36,196 nt of DNA from Elusimicrobia bacterium RIFCSPLOWO2_12_FULL_59_9 (lineage in GTDB: Bacteria > Elusimicrobiota > Elusimicrobia > O2-12-FULL-59-9), in contig MGUX01000167.1 of assembly GCA_001800185.1 (NCBI GenBank), positions 19,937 to 56,132 of the forward strand, in the 5' to 3' direction. A program made the translations under genes and the position numbers. Shown here piece by piece: positions 25,223 to 33,460 of this stretch (its first letter is position 1; each line of letters begins with the position of its first letter). The notes under the pieces are model-generated. The model was not told where the DNA came from, made no database searches, and saw only the letters and a list, made by a program, of their open reading frames with translations.

Positions 25223-26353
25223 ATGAATATCACCTGGCGCGGTTTTTCCGGATTCGTTTTTGTCGCGGCGCTGGCTTTCGCGGCCGCCTGCGGTCCCAAG
25301 GGCGGCGCGGGCGCGATTCGCCTGGGCGTGGCCGGCCCGATGACGGGAGATCAAGCCGCCTTCGGCGAAGAGGTGTTGTACGGAGCTTCCCTGGCGGCCG
25401 AGGAATGGAACGAGCGGGGCGGGGTTTTGGGCAAGCGCATCAAGATCGTCAAGCGCGACGACCAGGCCAAACCCGATCAGGCCACGCAGGCGGCTTACGA
25501 GCTGGTCAGCGAAGGCGTCGCGGGGGTCATCGGGCACTTCAACAGCGGCTGCACGATACCGGCCTCCGAGGTTTACCACCAAAATAACGTGCCGATGCTC
25601 ACTCCCTCCGCCACCAACCCGGACATCACCGACCGGAAATATGCCAATATTTTCCGCGTCTGCGGCCGGGACGACGACCAAGGCAGGACGGCGGCGGAAT
25701 ACGCCGTCAAAACATTGAAGGTCAAGAAGGTCGCCGTTTTGCATGACAGAACCCCCTACGGCGCCGGCCTGACCGACCAATTCAAGCGCAATATCGAGAA
25801 ATCTCTGGGGGCCAAAGCGATCGTGTATTACGACGGTTTTGACGACAAGGAAAAATTTTTCGACCCTTACCTGCAGGAAATCAAGAAGAAAGACCCCGAC
25901 CTCCTGTATTTCGGAGGGATATACCACCAGGCGGGGCCGTTGACCGTCAAAGCCAGGGAACTCGGCCTGCGGGCCGCCGTGATGTTCGGCGACGGCGTGA
26001 TCAACGAGCAATACATCGAGTCGGCCAAGGAAGCGGCTGAGGGCGCGTACGTGACGTTCGGCCCCGACCCCGAAAAGATCCCGGCCGCCAAAGGCTTTCT
26101 CGAAAAGTACCGCAAAACCTATCAAAAGCCCGCGGGCGCCTACTCGATTTATGCCTACGAAGCGGCCAATATCCTGCTTGCCTCCATCGCTCGAGCCAAG
26201 GGCACCGATGGAAAGGCGGTGTCCGAGGAGATCCGCCGCAGCCCGCACGAAAGCTCCATCGGGACCATTCGATTCGACGGTAAAGGGGATATCCAAGGCT
26301 CCTATTACGTGATGTGGCAGGTCCGCAACGGAAAGTTCGCCGCCTTGCAATAA
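25223..26353 (+). CDS. branched-chain amino acid ABC transporter substrate-binding protein (LivJ/LivK family)
   Basis: Signal/lipobox-like N-terminus (VAALAFAAACG). Type-1 periplasmic binding protein pattern IRLGVAGPMTGDQAAFG, VIGHFNSG, FRVCGRDD.QG and YFGGIY. Confidence 0.92.
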   Translation: MNITWRGFSGFVFVAALAFAAACGPKGGAGAIRLGVAGPMTGDQAAFGEEVLYGASLAAEEWNERGGVLGKRIKIVKRDDQAKPDQATQAAYELVSEGVAGVIGHFNSGCTIPASEVYHQNNVPMLTPSATNPDITDRKYANIFRVCGRDDDQGRTAAEYAVKTLKVKKVAVLHDRTPYGAGLTDQFKRNIEKSLGAKAIVYYDGFDDKEKFFDPYLQEIKKKDPDLLYFGGIYHQAGPLTVKARELGLRAAVMFGDGVINEQYIESAKEAAEGAYVTFGPDPEKIPAAKGFLEKYRKTYQKPAGAYSIYAYEAANILLASIARAKGTDGKAVSEEIRRSPHESSIGTIRFDGKGDIQGSYYVMWQVRNGKFAALQ

Positions 26354-26418
26354 AACGCGCGCCTTTTTTTGCGCGGCGCCGCCCGACCGATGGCGCCGGC
26401 AGTTTCCATTTTAAACCG

Positions 26419-27330
26419 ATGACACAGGCCCTGGTCAATGGATTGACGCTCGGAGCCGTTTATGCCTTAGTGGCCTTGGGCTACAGCATGGTCTACGGCA
26501 TCCTGGGAATGATTAATTTCGCGCACGGCGAAATTTACATGCTCGGCGCCTTTCACGGGATTTTGGCCCTGGCCTTCGCGCAGCATTATCTCGCTAATTT
26601 TTCGCCGGTCGTCTGCCTGCTGGGCGCGCTGGTCCTGGCCATGCTGTTTTGCGGCGGATACGGCTTCACTTTGGAACGAATCGCTTACCGTCCTCTGCGC
26701 CACGCGCCCGTCCTCTCGCCGCTCATATCCGCCATCGGAATGTCCTTCCTGCTCCAAAACTACGTCATGGTGGCTCAGGGAAGCGGCATCCGCGGGTTTC
26801 CTATGGAATTCGGACGCCGCCTGACTGAGACTCGCTTTTCGGCCTTCGCGGGCGCCGAGTTCAGTCTTTTGGAGGTTTTCATTCTGGCGACCTCCCTGCT
26901 CTGCATGGCGGGCCTGCACCTTTATATTTATCGGAGCAAAATGGGAAAAGCCATGCGCGCCACCTCGCAGGACAGGCGCATGGCTTCGCTGCTCGGGGTG
27001 GATGTCGACCGCGTGATTTCCGCGACCTTTATCGCGGGCTCCGCCTTGGCCGCGGTGGCGGGCGTCATGGTCTCGATGTACGTGCATGCGGTCAAATTCA
27101 ACGACGGCTACATCATGGGCATGAAGGCCTTCACGGCCGCCGTTTTGGGCGGCATCGGCAACATCCCGGGCGCCATGCTGGGAGGCGTGCTTCTGGGAGT
27201 CGTCGAGAACATCGGCATCTGGTTTTTGGGCGCCGGCTACAAGGACGCCTACTCCTTCATCGTGCTCCTGTTGGTGCTCATCGTCCTGCCTCGCGGAATC
27301 TTGGGCGAGCAGGTTTCCGATAAGGTCTGA
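26419..27330 (+). CDS. livH: branched-chain amino acid ABC transporter permease LivH
   Basis: Internal ATG gives MTQALVNGLTLGAVYALVALGYSMVYGILGMINFAHGE, the canonical LivH N-terminus. The protein is polytopic. Confidence 0.92.
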   Translation: MTQALVNGLTLGAVYALVALGYSMVYGILGMINFAHGEIYMLGAFHGILALAFAQHYLANFSPVVCLLGALVLAMLFCGGYGFTLERIAYRPLRHAPVLSPLISAIGMSFLLQNYVMVAQGSGIRGFPMEFGRRLTETRFSAFAGAEFSLLEVFILATSLLCMAGLHLYIYRSKMGKAMRATSQDRRMASLLGVDVDRVISATFIAGSALAAVAGVMVSMYVHAVKFNDGYIMGMKAFTAAVLGGIGNIPGAMLGGVLLGVVENIGIWFLGAGYKDAYSFIVLLLVLIVLPRGILGEQVSDKV

Positions 27331-27334
27331 TCAA

Positions 27335-28543
27335 ATGTCCCGTCGCTTTTTTTTAACCGCGGCGTGGCTCGGCGCGCTCACTTGGCCGGTGCTGGGAACG
27401 GCGGCGGCCCTCAAATTGGCGCTCGTCGTCTCGCTGATCCCCGCGGCCCTAGGGTGCTGGAACGCCCTGCGCCGGGCGGCGGTGGTCCCGTGCCGCGGGC
27501 TTTGGGCGGCGTTGGAAGCGGCCTCCGGCCGGATACCGCCGCGGTTTCAAATCTGGGGTCTTGCGGCCTTTTTGTGCGTCGCTCCGCTGTTTCTGCGGCA
27601 TCAAACCAAGTATATCAACCTGGCCACCGACACTTTGATCATGGTGCTATTGGCCCTGGGGCTCAACATCGTCTTGGGCATGGCCGGGCTTTTCATGCTG
27701 GGCTACGCCGCTTTCTACGCCATCGGGGCCTACGCCTTCGCCATTTTGTCCCTCAAGTTTCAAGTGCCGTTCTGGGGCGGCCTCGTCGCCGGCGCGGCCG
27801 CGGCCGCGCTGGTCGGCTTCGTGGTCGGCTTGCCTTCGCTGCGGCTGCGCGGCGATTATCTGGCGATCGTCACGCTAGGCCTGGGAGAAACCATCCGGTA
27901 TATAATCAAGAACGAGGAATGGCTGACGGGAGGAACTTTCGGCTGCCCCAGCCGGCCTGTGTTCATTTCCTTCGGCCTGGAGCCGTATTCCCGGAAAATC
28001 GGCTCGCCCCGATTCTTCGGCTGGCCCGCTGCGGTGGAAAGCATCCACTACTATTTTCTGGCTCTGGCGATGGTCGCCTTGTCGGTCGTGGCGATGCAGC
28101 GCCTCTCCAATTCCAGGATAGGCCGCGCGTGGGTGGCGCTCCGTGAGGACGAAACGGCCGCCCAAGCGGCGGGCGTCCCTACGGTTTGGGCCAAGCTCTC
28201 GGCTTTTACGCTGAGCGCCGTCTGGGCGGGCATGGCGGGCGTGCTCTATGCCGCCAAGCAGAAATTTTTGGCCCCTGAAATTTTCGATTTCAACCTCTCC
28301 GCCCTGGTCTTGAGCATGGTGGTTCTGGGCGGCATGGGAAGCATTCCCGGCGTCGTCTTGGGAGCGGTGGTGCTGCAGATGATTCCCTGGTTTCTCCGGG
28401 ACTTTTTTCCAGAGTTTCAAAATTACCGCCTTCTCATTTATGGAGGCTTGATGGTCCTGATGATGATTTGGCGGCCGCAGGGGCTTTGGCCCAACACCCG
28501 AAGAAAAATAGAGCTGCAGGAGGAGACGGATGCCGTTGCTTGA
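27335..28543 (+). CDS. livM: branched-chain amino acid ABC transporter permease LivM
   Basis: Polytopic, with GMAGLFMLGYAAFYAIGAY, LRGDYLAIVTLGLGE and an extended N-terminal TM region. Confidence 0.9.
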   Translation: MSRRFFLTAAWLGALTWPVLGTAAALKLALVVSLIPAALGCWNALRRAAVVPCRGLWAALEAASGRIPPRFQIWGLAAFLCVAPLFLRHQTKYINLATDTLIMVLLALGLNIVLGMAGLFMLGYAAFYAIGAYAFAILSLKFQVPFWGGLVAGAAAAALVGFVVGLPSLRLRGDYLAIVTLGLGETIRYIIKNEEWLTGGTFGCPSRPVFISFGLEPYSRKIGSPRFFGWPAAVESIHYYFLALAMVALSVVAMQRLSNSRIGRAWVALREDETAAQAAGVPTVWAKLSAFTLSAVWAGMAGVLYAAKQKFLAPEIFDFNLSALVLSMVVLGGMGSIPGVVLGAVVLQMIPWFLRDFFPEFQNYRLLIYGGLMVLMMIWRPQGLWPNTRRKIELQEETDAVA

Positions 28544-29294
28544 GATCAAAAACGTCAGCCGGCATTTCGGAGGCCTCAAAGCGGTCCACCGCGTCAGCTT
28601 TGAGATCGAGCCCGGCCAAATTTTCAGCCTTATCGGGCCCAACGGCGCGGGCAAGACGACGCTTTTTAACTGCGTCACCGGCATCTACGGCCTGACCGAG
28701 GGAAGCATTCTGTTGCAGGGGCAGCCGGTGGACGGGCTCAAACCCCATATCGTCACCTCTCTTGGCATCGCGAGAACCTTTCAAAACATACGGCTTTTCC
28801 ACGAGATGACGGCTCTGGAAAACGTCATGGTGGGCATGCATTGCCGCAGCCGCTCCGGCATCCTAAAATCCCTCCTGCGAACGCCGTCCATGGTCCGGGA
28901 GGAAAGGCGCATCGCCGCGCGCTCGATGGAACACCTGAGGTTCGTGGGCTTGGAAGGCAAGGCGGATGTTTGGGCGCGCAACCTGGCCTACGGCGACCAG
29001 AGGCGCCTGGAGATCGCGCGCGCTCTGGCGACCGACCCCAGCATAATTTGCCTCGACGAGCCGGCCGCCGGCATGAATCCCGCCGAAACGTCGCGTTTAA
29101 TCGAGATCGTCGGGCAGATACGGGCCAAGGGAATCACCGTGTTTTTGATCGAACATCACATGCAGTTGGTGATGGGAATCTCGGACCGCATCGCGGTTTT
29201 GGACCACGGCGTCAAGATCGCCGAGGGCCCCCCAAAAGATATCCAATGCGACCCCAAGGTCATCGAAGCTTATTTGGGGAAAGAAGATGCTTGA
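28530..29294 (+). CDS. livG: branched-chain amino acid ABC transporter ATP-binding protein LivG
   Basis: LEIKNVSRHFGGLKAV, Walker A GPNGAGKTT, signature YGDQRRLEIARAL and Walker B IICLDEPAAGM. Confidence 0.95.
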   Translation: MPLLEIKNVSRHFGGLKAVHRVSFEIEPGQIFSLIGPNGAGKTTLFNCVTGIYGLTEGSILLQGQPVDGLKPHIVTSLGIARTFQNIRLFHEMTALENVMVGMHCRSRSGILKSLLRTPSMVREERRIAARSMEHLRFVGLEGKADVWARNLAYGDQRRLEIARALATDPSIICLDEPAAGMNPAETSRLIEIVGQIRAKGITVFLIEHHMQLVMGISDRIAVLDHGVKIAEGPPKDIQCDPKVIEAYLGKEDA

Positions 29295-29994
29295 TCTATC
29301 CGGCGTGCACAGCGCTTACGGCCCCATCGAGGTCCTCAAGGACGTCACTCTCGCGGTCCGGGAGGGAGAAATCGTCGCCCTCATCGGCGCCAACGGCGCC
29401 GGAAAAACCACGACGCTCATGGCCGTTTCGGCGATCCACAAAATCAAAGCGGGCGAGATTCTTTTCAACGGACGCTCCATCGCGGACGCGGCCCCGCACG
29501 AAATCGTGCGCCTTGGTATTTCGCAGGTTCCGGAAGGCCGGCGCATTTTCCCGCGGATGTCCGTTGAGGAAAACCTGGAAATGGGCGCCTATGCCCGAAA
29601 TTCGGACCTGGAAATCCGCAAGGATTTGGAGCATGTCTTTCAATTATTTCCCATCCTAAAGGAAAGGCGGCGGCAGCTCGGAGGCACTTTGAGCGGCGGG
29701 GAACAGCAAATGCTCGCCATCGGCCGGGCGCTGATGGCGCGTCCGAAGCTTCTTCTCCTGGATGAGCCGTCCCTGGGCTTGGCGCCCAAGATAGTCTCTC
29801 AGATATTTTCCGTCATCAAGAATTTGAACGCGGAAGGCGTGACGATACTTCTGGTGGAGCAAAACGCCTTTGCCGCGCTCAAGCTCGCCCACCGCGCCTA
29901 TGTGCTCGAGACGGGGCGCGTCGTTTTGTCGGGCGAAGCCGCCGGCTTGCTCACAAACCCGCAGGTCCGCAAGTCCTATCTGGGAATCAATTAG
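29287..29994 (+). CDS. livF: branched-chain amino acid ABC transporter ATP-binding protein LivF
   Basis: Walker A GANGAGKTT, signature LSGGEQQMLAIGRAL, Walker B LLLLDEPSLGLAP and C-terminal NPQVRKSYLG. Confidence 0.95.
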   Translation: MLDLSGVHSAYGPIEVLKDVTLAVREGEIVALIGANGAGKTTTLMAVSAIHKIKAGEILFNGRSIADAAPHEIVRLGISQVPEGRRIFPRMSVEENLEMGAYARNSDLEIRKDLEHVFQLFPILKERRRQLGGTLSGGEQQMLAIGRALMARPKLLLLDEPSLGLAPKIVSQIFSVIKNLNAEGVTILLVEQNAFAALKLAHRAYVLETGRVVLSGEAAGLLTNPQVRKSYLGIN

Positions 29995-30143
29995 CCAAAA
30001 AGGACAAACACTACAACACGGTATATGTTTTTACCCGGTATACTTTGAGAATTCAACTTAATTATTCCTGAAGCCAAAAATACCCGGAAAATCAACCGCT
30101 TTTAGCCGCCTAAGAAACCCCCTTAAGCCTTTCTTAAGCCCGC
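29951..30143 (+). repeat. direct repeat DR1 (about 190 bp: last 14 livF codons + AT-rich non-coding block)
   Basis: Aligns by eye over its full length, at roughly four-fifths identity, with 31153-31342. The shared blocks are TCACAAACCCGCA.GTCCGCAAG, ATGTTTTTACCCGG, GAATTCAACTTAAT, CCTGAAGCC.AAAATACC.GGAAAATCAACCGCTTTTA and CCTTAAGCC.TTCTTAAGCC. Confidence 0.85.
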
Positions 30144-30151
30144 CTTACAGG

Positions 30152-31006
30152 TCACTGTCGAGGCGCGGCCGCGGCGGTGGAAAGGGAGAGGTCGGGGAGC
30201 GTCGCGCTCGAGAGGTCTACGCCCTCCACGGCGCCCATGGAGCCGGCGACCGCCGCGGTGGAGACCAGGACCTCCTCCATGCCGACCTCTTCTTCCTCGG
30301 TCAAAAGGCCCGAGGCGCGCATGCGGGCCATGATGCGCCGGCTGTTGCGGTCCACGTAGCGGCCGCGCTTGGCCGGGTCGTGACGGCGCGGGCTGGGCAG
30401 GACCACGGCCAGGGCCACGGCCTCGTCCACGGAGAGATCCGAGGCGCTCTTGCCGAAGTACGCCCGGCTTGCGGCCTCGGCGCCGAAGATGCCCTTGCCC
30501 CATTCCGCGATGTTGAGGTATATCTCGAAGATGCGGCGCTTGCCCAGGACCTTCTCGAGCTTCCGGGCGATGAGCGCCTCCTTGAGCTTGCGCAGCGGGT
30601 TTTTCGAAGGCGAGAGGTAGAGGTTGCGCGCCGTCTGCTGGGTGATGGTGCTGCCCCCATAGGCCAGGCGGCGTTCGGCGATGTCGCGCTCGAGGGCCAC
30701 GCGCACCGCGTCCCAGGCCACGCCGTGATGCCTATAGAAGGAATCGTCCTCGGCCGTGAGCACCGCGTGCTTGAGATTCTCCGAGATGGCGTCCCAAGCC
30801 ACCCAGGTCCACTGCACGGCGAGTTTTTTCCCTTTGGCGAGGGCCTGGCGCCGGCGCAGCTCGATGTAGGCCGTCGTGGAAGGGTTTTTTCCCTTAAGCT
30901 GGGAAACGTCGGGCAGCCACGCCAGGTACAAAGCCGAGGCGGCGCACGCGGCGAGCAGAGACCAGGTCAGCACTTTCGCGAAGCGGCGCATAGGAGCGTC
31001 AGACAT
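30152..31006 (-). CDS. mtgA: monofunctional biosynthetic peptidoglycan transglycosylase (GT51)
   Basis: N-terminal TM anchor and GT51 motifs EDDSFYRHHGV, GGSTITQQTARNLYL and RKLKEALIARKLE. It has no transpeptidase domain and carries a C-terminal extension of about 60 aa. Confidence 0.9.
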   Translation of the reverse strand: MSDAPMRRFAKVLTWSLLAACAASALYLAWLPDVSQLKGKNPSTTAYIELRRRQALAKGKKLAVQWTWVAWDAISENLKHAVLTAEDDSFYRHHGVAWDAVRVALERDIAERRLAYGGSTITQQTARNLYLSPSKNPLRKLKEALIARKLEKVLGKRRIFEIYLNIAEWGKGIFGAEAASRAYFGKSASDLSVDEAVALAVVLPSPRRHDPAKRGRYVDRNSRRIMARMRASGLLTEEEEVGMEEVLVSTAAVAGSMGAVEGVDLSSATLPDLSLSTAAAAPRQ

Positions 31007-31152
31007 TCGCTCATTTTACTTTTTCCGCGCTCTCGACAAAATCGGTTCCGCAGCGGACACGAAATCCGTGTTCGCGAAGCAAGGTTCTGATTATAGGTAG
31101 GAAGTTGCCGCGATAATCGGCGGTTAAGAAATTTTTTTGGCCCTCGGCGCGT

Positions 31153-31342
31153 TCACAAACCCGCAAGTCCGCAAGGCCCATCTGGGAATCGAATAGTTCA
31201 GAAGATAAAAACCCCAGCTAATGTTATGTTTTTACCCGGAATAATTTAGGAATTCAACTTAATATTTCCTGAAGCCGAAAATACCTGGAAAATCAACCGC
31301 TTTTATCCGCCTCAGAACCCTCCTTAAGCCCTTCTTAAGCCG
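31153..31342 (+). repeat. direct repeat DR2 (decayed livF 3' end + AT-rich block)
   Basis: Contains an orphan reading frame AFTNPQVRKAHLGIE-stop (31149-31196), matching the livF tail LLTNPQVRKSYLGIN-stop. The same AT-rich block as DR1 follows. Confidence 0.85.
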
Positions 31343-31506
31343 CAAGTGGCGGCGGCGCGACGCCAATAAGGGCGCTCCCCGCAAACGCATTTTTGAGGCC
31401 TTGAAAAATAAAATGCCACCTTCTATATTTCACGATGCCTGGGGCGGCAGCGGAAAAATTTGACCCGGCGTGCATTGACGCGATAGGAGATTCATTGAGC
31501 GGGGGT

Positions 31507-31884
31507 TCAATGGGGCAGTTGTTGGGGCGGTAGATGAAGATTGAGCCGTTTCGCGGCCCGATGGAGAGCCTTATCCCGGCTCCATATCTTGGCATGTCCA
31601 AGACGCGCCGAAGCCATGAGATGAACGTCCACCGCGCCTAGTCCCGACCCATAAAGCCTTTCAGCGGCGATAAACTCAAGCGCCTCTTCATGCGATGCCG
31701 CCGGCGCTTTCGGCAGGGCGCGCAGAAGGTCAAGCAATTCAACGCGGCGCAAAATATTGCCGCAGGCCAATTCCTCGATCACCAGCGGATGAATGAGCAC
31801 CAGGCCCTCGGCGAGCATGGCCGCCAGCTTTGAGTCTCCGCTCCTTAGGTGATCCACCCAAACGGAGGTATCGACGAGTATCAC
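31507..31884 (-). CDS. vapC: PIN-domain ribonuclease toxin VapC
   Basis: ILVDTSVWVDHLR (first acidic residue), EL..G and DVHLMASA pattern. 125 aa, with a GTGA overlap with the upstream antitoxin. Confidence 0.88.
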   Translation of the reverse strand: MILVDTSVWVDHLRSGDSKLAAMLAEGLVLIHPLVIEELACGNILRRVELLDLLRALPKAPAASHEEALEFIAAERLYGSGLGAVDVHLMASARLGHAKIWSRDKALHRAAKRLNLHLPPQQLPH

Positions 31885-32066
31885 CGCCGCCGCCGAATTC
31901 TCTTGATATGCGGCTCGGAGCCGCCAAGCGCCGCAAGGCGCTCCCGAGCCTTCTTCTCGATCAAGGCTTCCAGTCCGGCGTGGACCAGCGCGGTCTTTTC
32001 ATGCAAGCCGGCCAGTTGCGCGGCCCGCTTTAGGATATCATCCCGCAGGATCAGTGTTGTTCTCAT
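31881..32066 (-). CDS. vapB: VapB-type antitoxin (DUF2191-like)
   Basis: Internal ATG gives MRTTLILRDDILKRAAQLAGLHEKTALVHAGLEALI, the typical MRTTL.IDD.LL antitoxin start. The track's longer N-terminus runs through promoter and repeat sequence. Confidence 0.8.
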   Translation of the reverse strand: MRTTLILRDDILKRAAQLAGLHEKTALVHAGLEALIEKKARERLAALGGSEPHIKRIRRRR

Positions 32067-32069
32067 ACA

Positions 32070-32102
32070 TATTAGTATGCATCCCACATATGCATTTGTC
32101 AA
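32070..32102 (-). promoter_or_regulatory. candidate vapBC promoter with twin ATGCAT operator half-sites
   Basis: The minus strand reads TTGACA-aatgcatatgtgggatg-CATACT..ATG. The -35 is perfect, the -10-like element lies only about 9 nt before the ATG (near-leaderless), and two ATGCAT palindromes (32077-32082, 32090-32095) sit in the spacer. Confidence 0.4.
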
Positions 32103-32110
32103 GAGCTCGC

Positions 32111-32162
32111 GGGTTTCGACAAAACCCCCGTTTGTCCCGTTTGTCAAGCCAGGCGCTGATTC
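32111..32162 (+). repeat. junction repeat copy A
   Basis: GGGTTTCGACAAAACCCCCGTTTGTCCCGTTTGTCAAGCCAGGCGCTGATTC matches the consensus GGTTYCCSRACAAAAYCCCCCGTTTGTCMCGTTTGTCAARCYAGGYRC.GATT shared with copies B-E. Confidence 0.85.
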
Positions 32163-32217
32163 CCAATCCTTAAGTTATGTTAAGTCAAGACCCCTTTATC
32201 GTTTATTTCTTCGGCTA

Positions 32218-32312
32218 GTGTAGTGCGTCCAACGCTTCTTGACATTTGCTCTCGTCGATCAAGCTCGCTCTTCGACGGGAGGATATGTAAAGGGATATAT
32301 GACGCACTACAC
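32218..32312 (-). mobile_element. 95-bp MITE derived from the IS630-family element at 20999-22133
   Basis: Perfect 12-bp terminal inverted repeats GTGTAGTGCGTC/GACGCACTACAC. Flanks are c-TA-[MITE]-TA-g (CTAG target). The subterminal sequence CCAACGCTTCTTGACATTTG matches the right end of the IS (CCAACGCTTCTTTACATTTG, reverse complement). The other end resembles the IS left end, so the MITE is inverted relative to the IS. Confidence 0.85.
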
Positions 32313-32332
32313 TAGAAAGGGCCCCGCGGCCC

Positions 32333-33109
32333 TCAGGGCTTCTTTTTCGGCTGCGCATCCTTCGCGGGAGCCGCGGCGGGCGGCTTGACGATATCGAGCA
32401 GCTCGACTTCGAAGATGAGCGCCGCCCCGCCGGGGATGACGGGCGGGCTCCCCGTGTCGCCGTAGGCGATCTTGGAGGGGCAGACCAATTTTGCCTTGCC
32501 GCCCACCTTCATCTTCTGCACGCCCTCCGTCCAGCAGGGGATGACCCCGTTGAGGGGGAACTCGGCGGGCTGGCCGCGCTGAACGGAGCTGTCGAAGACC
32601 TTCCCATCGGTGAGCGTCCCGTGGTAGTGGACCTTGACCTTGTCGGTCGGCTTGGGCGAGTCGCCCGTGCCGGCCTTGATGTCCGTGTAGATCAATCCGG
32701 AGGATGAAACCGAGGCGCCCGGCTCCTTGGCGGCCTTGTCCAGGAAGCTTTTTGCCTTAGTCTTCTCCCGCTCGGCACTCTTGCCCACGCGGGACTGATT
32801 GAGAGCTTCGAGCTTGGGGCCGTAGACTTGGAGGTCCACCTGCGGTTCCTTGCCGAGGGCGGCGTCGCGCAAGCCGAGCTCGACGAAGCCCACTTCGGAG
32901 GCGCTCAGCGAGAACGCCGCGAGATTCCGGCCGACGACCAAGCCGAGGGCGTAGAGGGTCTTCTCCTCTTCCGTGCTGGGGGCGGCTTGGGGGGCCTGTT
33001 TCGCCGCAGCTTTCGGCGCCTTCGGCGCAGGCGCGCTCGATGCGCCGGCCGCCAAGGCCGGAAGGGCGGTGAAGGTGAACAAAAAGAAAACGGCGGTGAG
33101 CAATCTCAT
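32333..33109 (-). CDS. FKBP-type peptidyl-prolyl isomerase (FkpA/FklB-like, secreted)
   Basis: Signal peptide, N-terminal dimerisation helices and FKBP_C domain VKVHYHGTLTDGKVFDSS...FPLNGVIPCWTEGVQKMKVGGKAKLVCPSKIAYG...LIFEVELLDI. AGGAG precedes the ATG. Confidence 0.92.
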   Translation of the reverse strand: MRLLTAVFFLFTFTALPALAAGASSAPAPKAPKAAAKQAPQAAPSTEEEKTLYALGLVVGRNLAAFSLSASEVGFVELGLRDAALGKEPQVDLQVYGPKLEALNQSRVGKSAEREKTKAKSFLDKAAKEPGASVSSSGLIYTDIKAGTGDSPKPTDKVKVHYHGTLTDGKVFDSSVQRGQPAEFPLNGVIPCWTEGVQKMKVGGKAKLVCPSKIAYGDTGSPPVIPGGAALIFEVELLDIVKPPAAAPAKDAQPKKKP

Positions 33110-33375
33110 TTTATCTCCTATATGACGCGATGTGCGAGCCGCGAAAGCATATCATTTCTATCGAGGCTTTTCCTTGAAAAACGCGTCGAAATCCGCCTTG
33201 GCGTTCCGCTCGGAAGACTGCTTCCGGGGCGCTTCGGACTATCTCCTTCCCCGCCGCCGCCCAATTTACCTGCGCCACCCTCCGGCAGGCCGCAAACGCC
33301 CGCCATGTCGCCAGGATGCCGGAACGCCGAAAACATCGTCAGCTTTTATTTTTTGCCCCACAGAACCCCGCCACA

Positions 33376-33426
33376 GTCCCCAACAAAATCCCCCGTTTGT
33401 CCCGTTTGTCAAACCAGGTACTGTTT
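33376..33426 (+). repeat. junction repeat copy B
   Basis: GTCCCCAACAAAATCCCCCGTTTGTCCCGTTTGTCAAACCAGGTACTGTTTC, in the same orientation as copy A. Confidence 0.85.
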
Positions 33427-33460
33427 CTGTTTATTTAATCACATTGCAATATAGAAGTTC

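Noticed and set aside
26354-26418. Hairpin CGCGCGCC-TTTTTTT-GCGCGGCG between livJ and livH as an intrinsic terminator or attenuator.
   Set aside because: The T-run forms the loop rather than following the stem, and pairing is imperfect. It might modulate the binding-protein/permease ratio, but the evidence is too weak to annotate.
31335-31601. ORF 31335-31601(-) and the tiny plus-strand ORFs between DR2 and vapC.
   Set aside because: The ORF overlaps the vapC 3' end out of frame. There are no motifs or start context, and the region is more simply non-coding.
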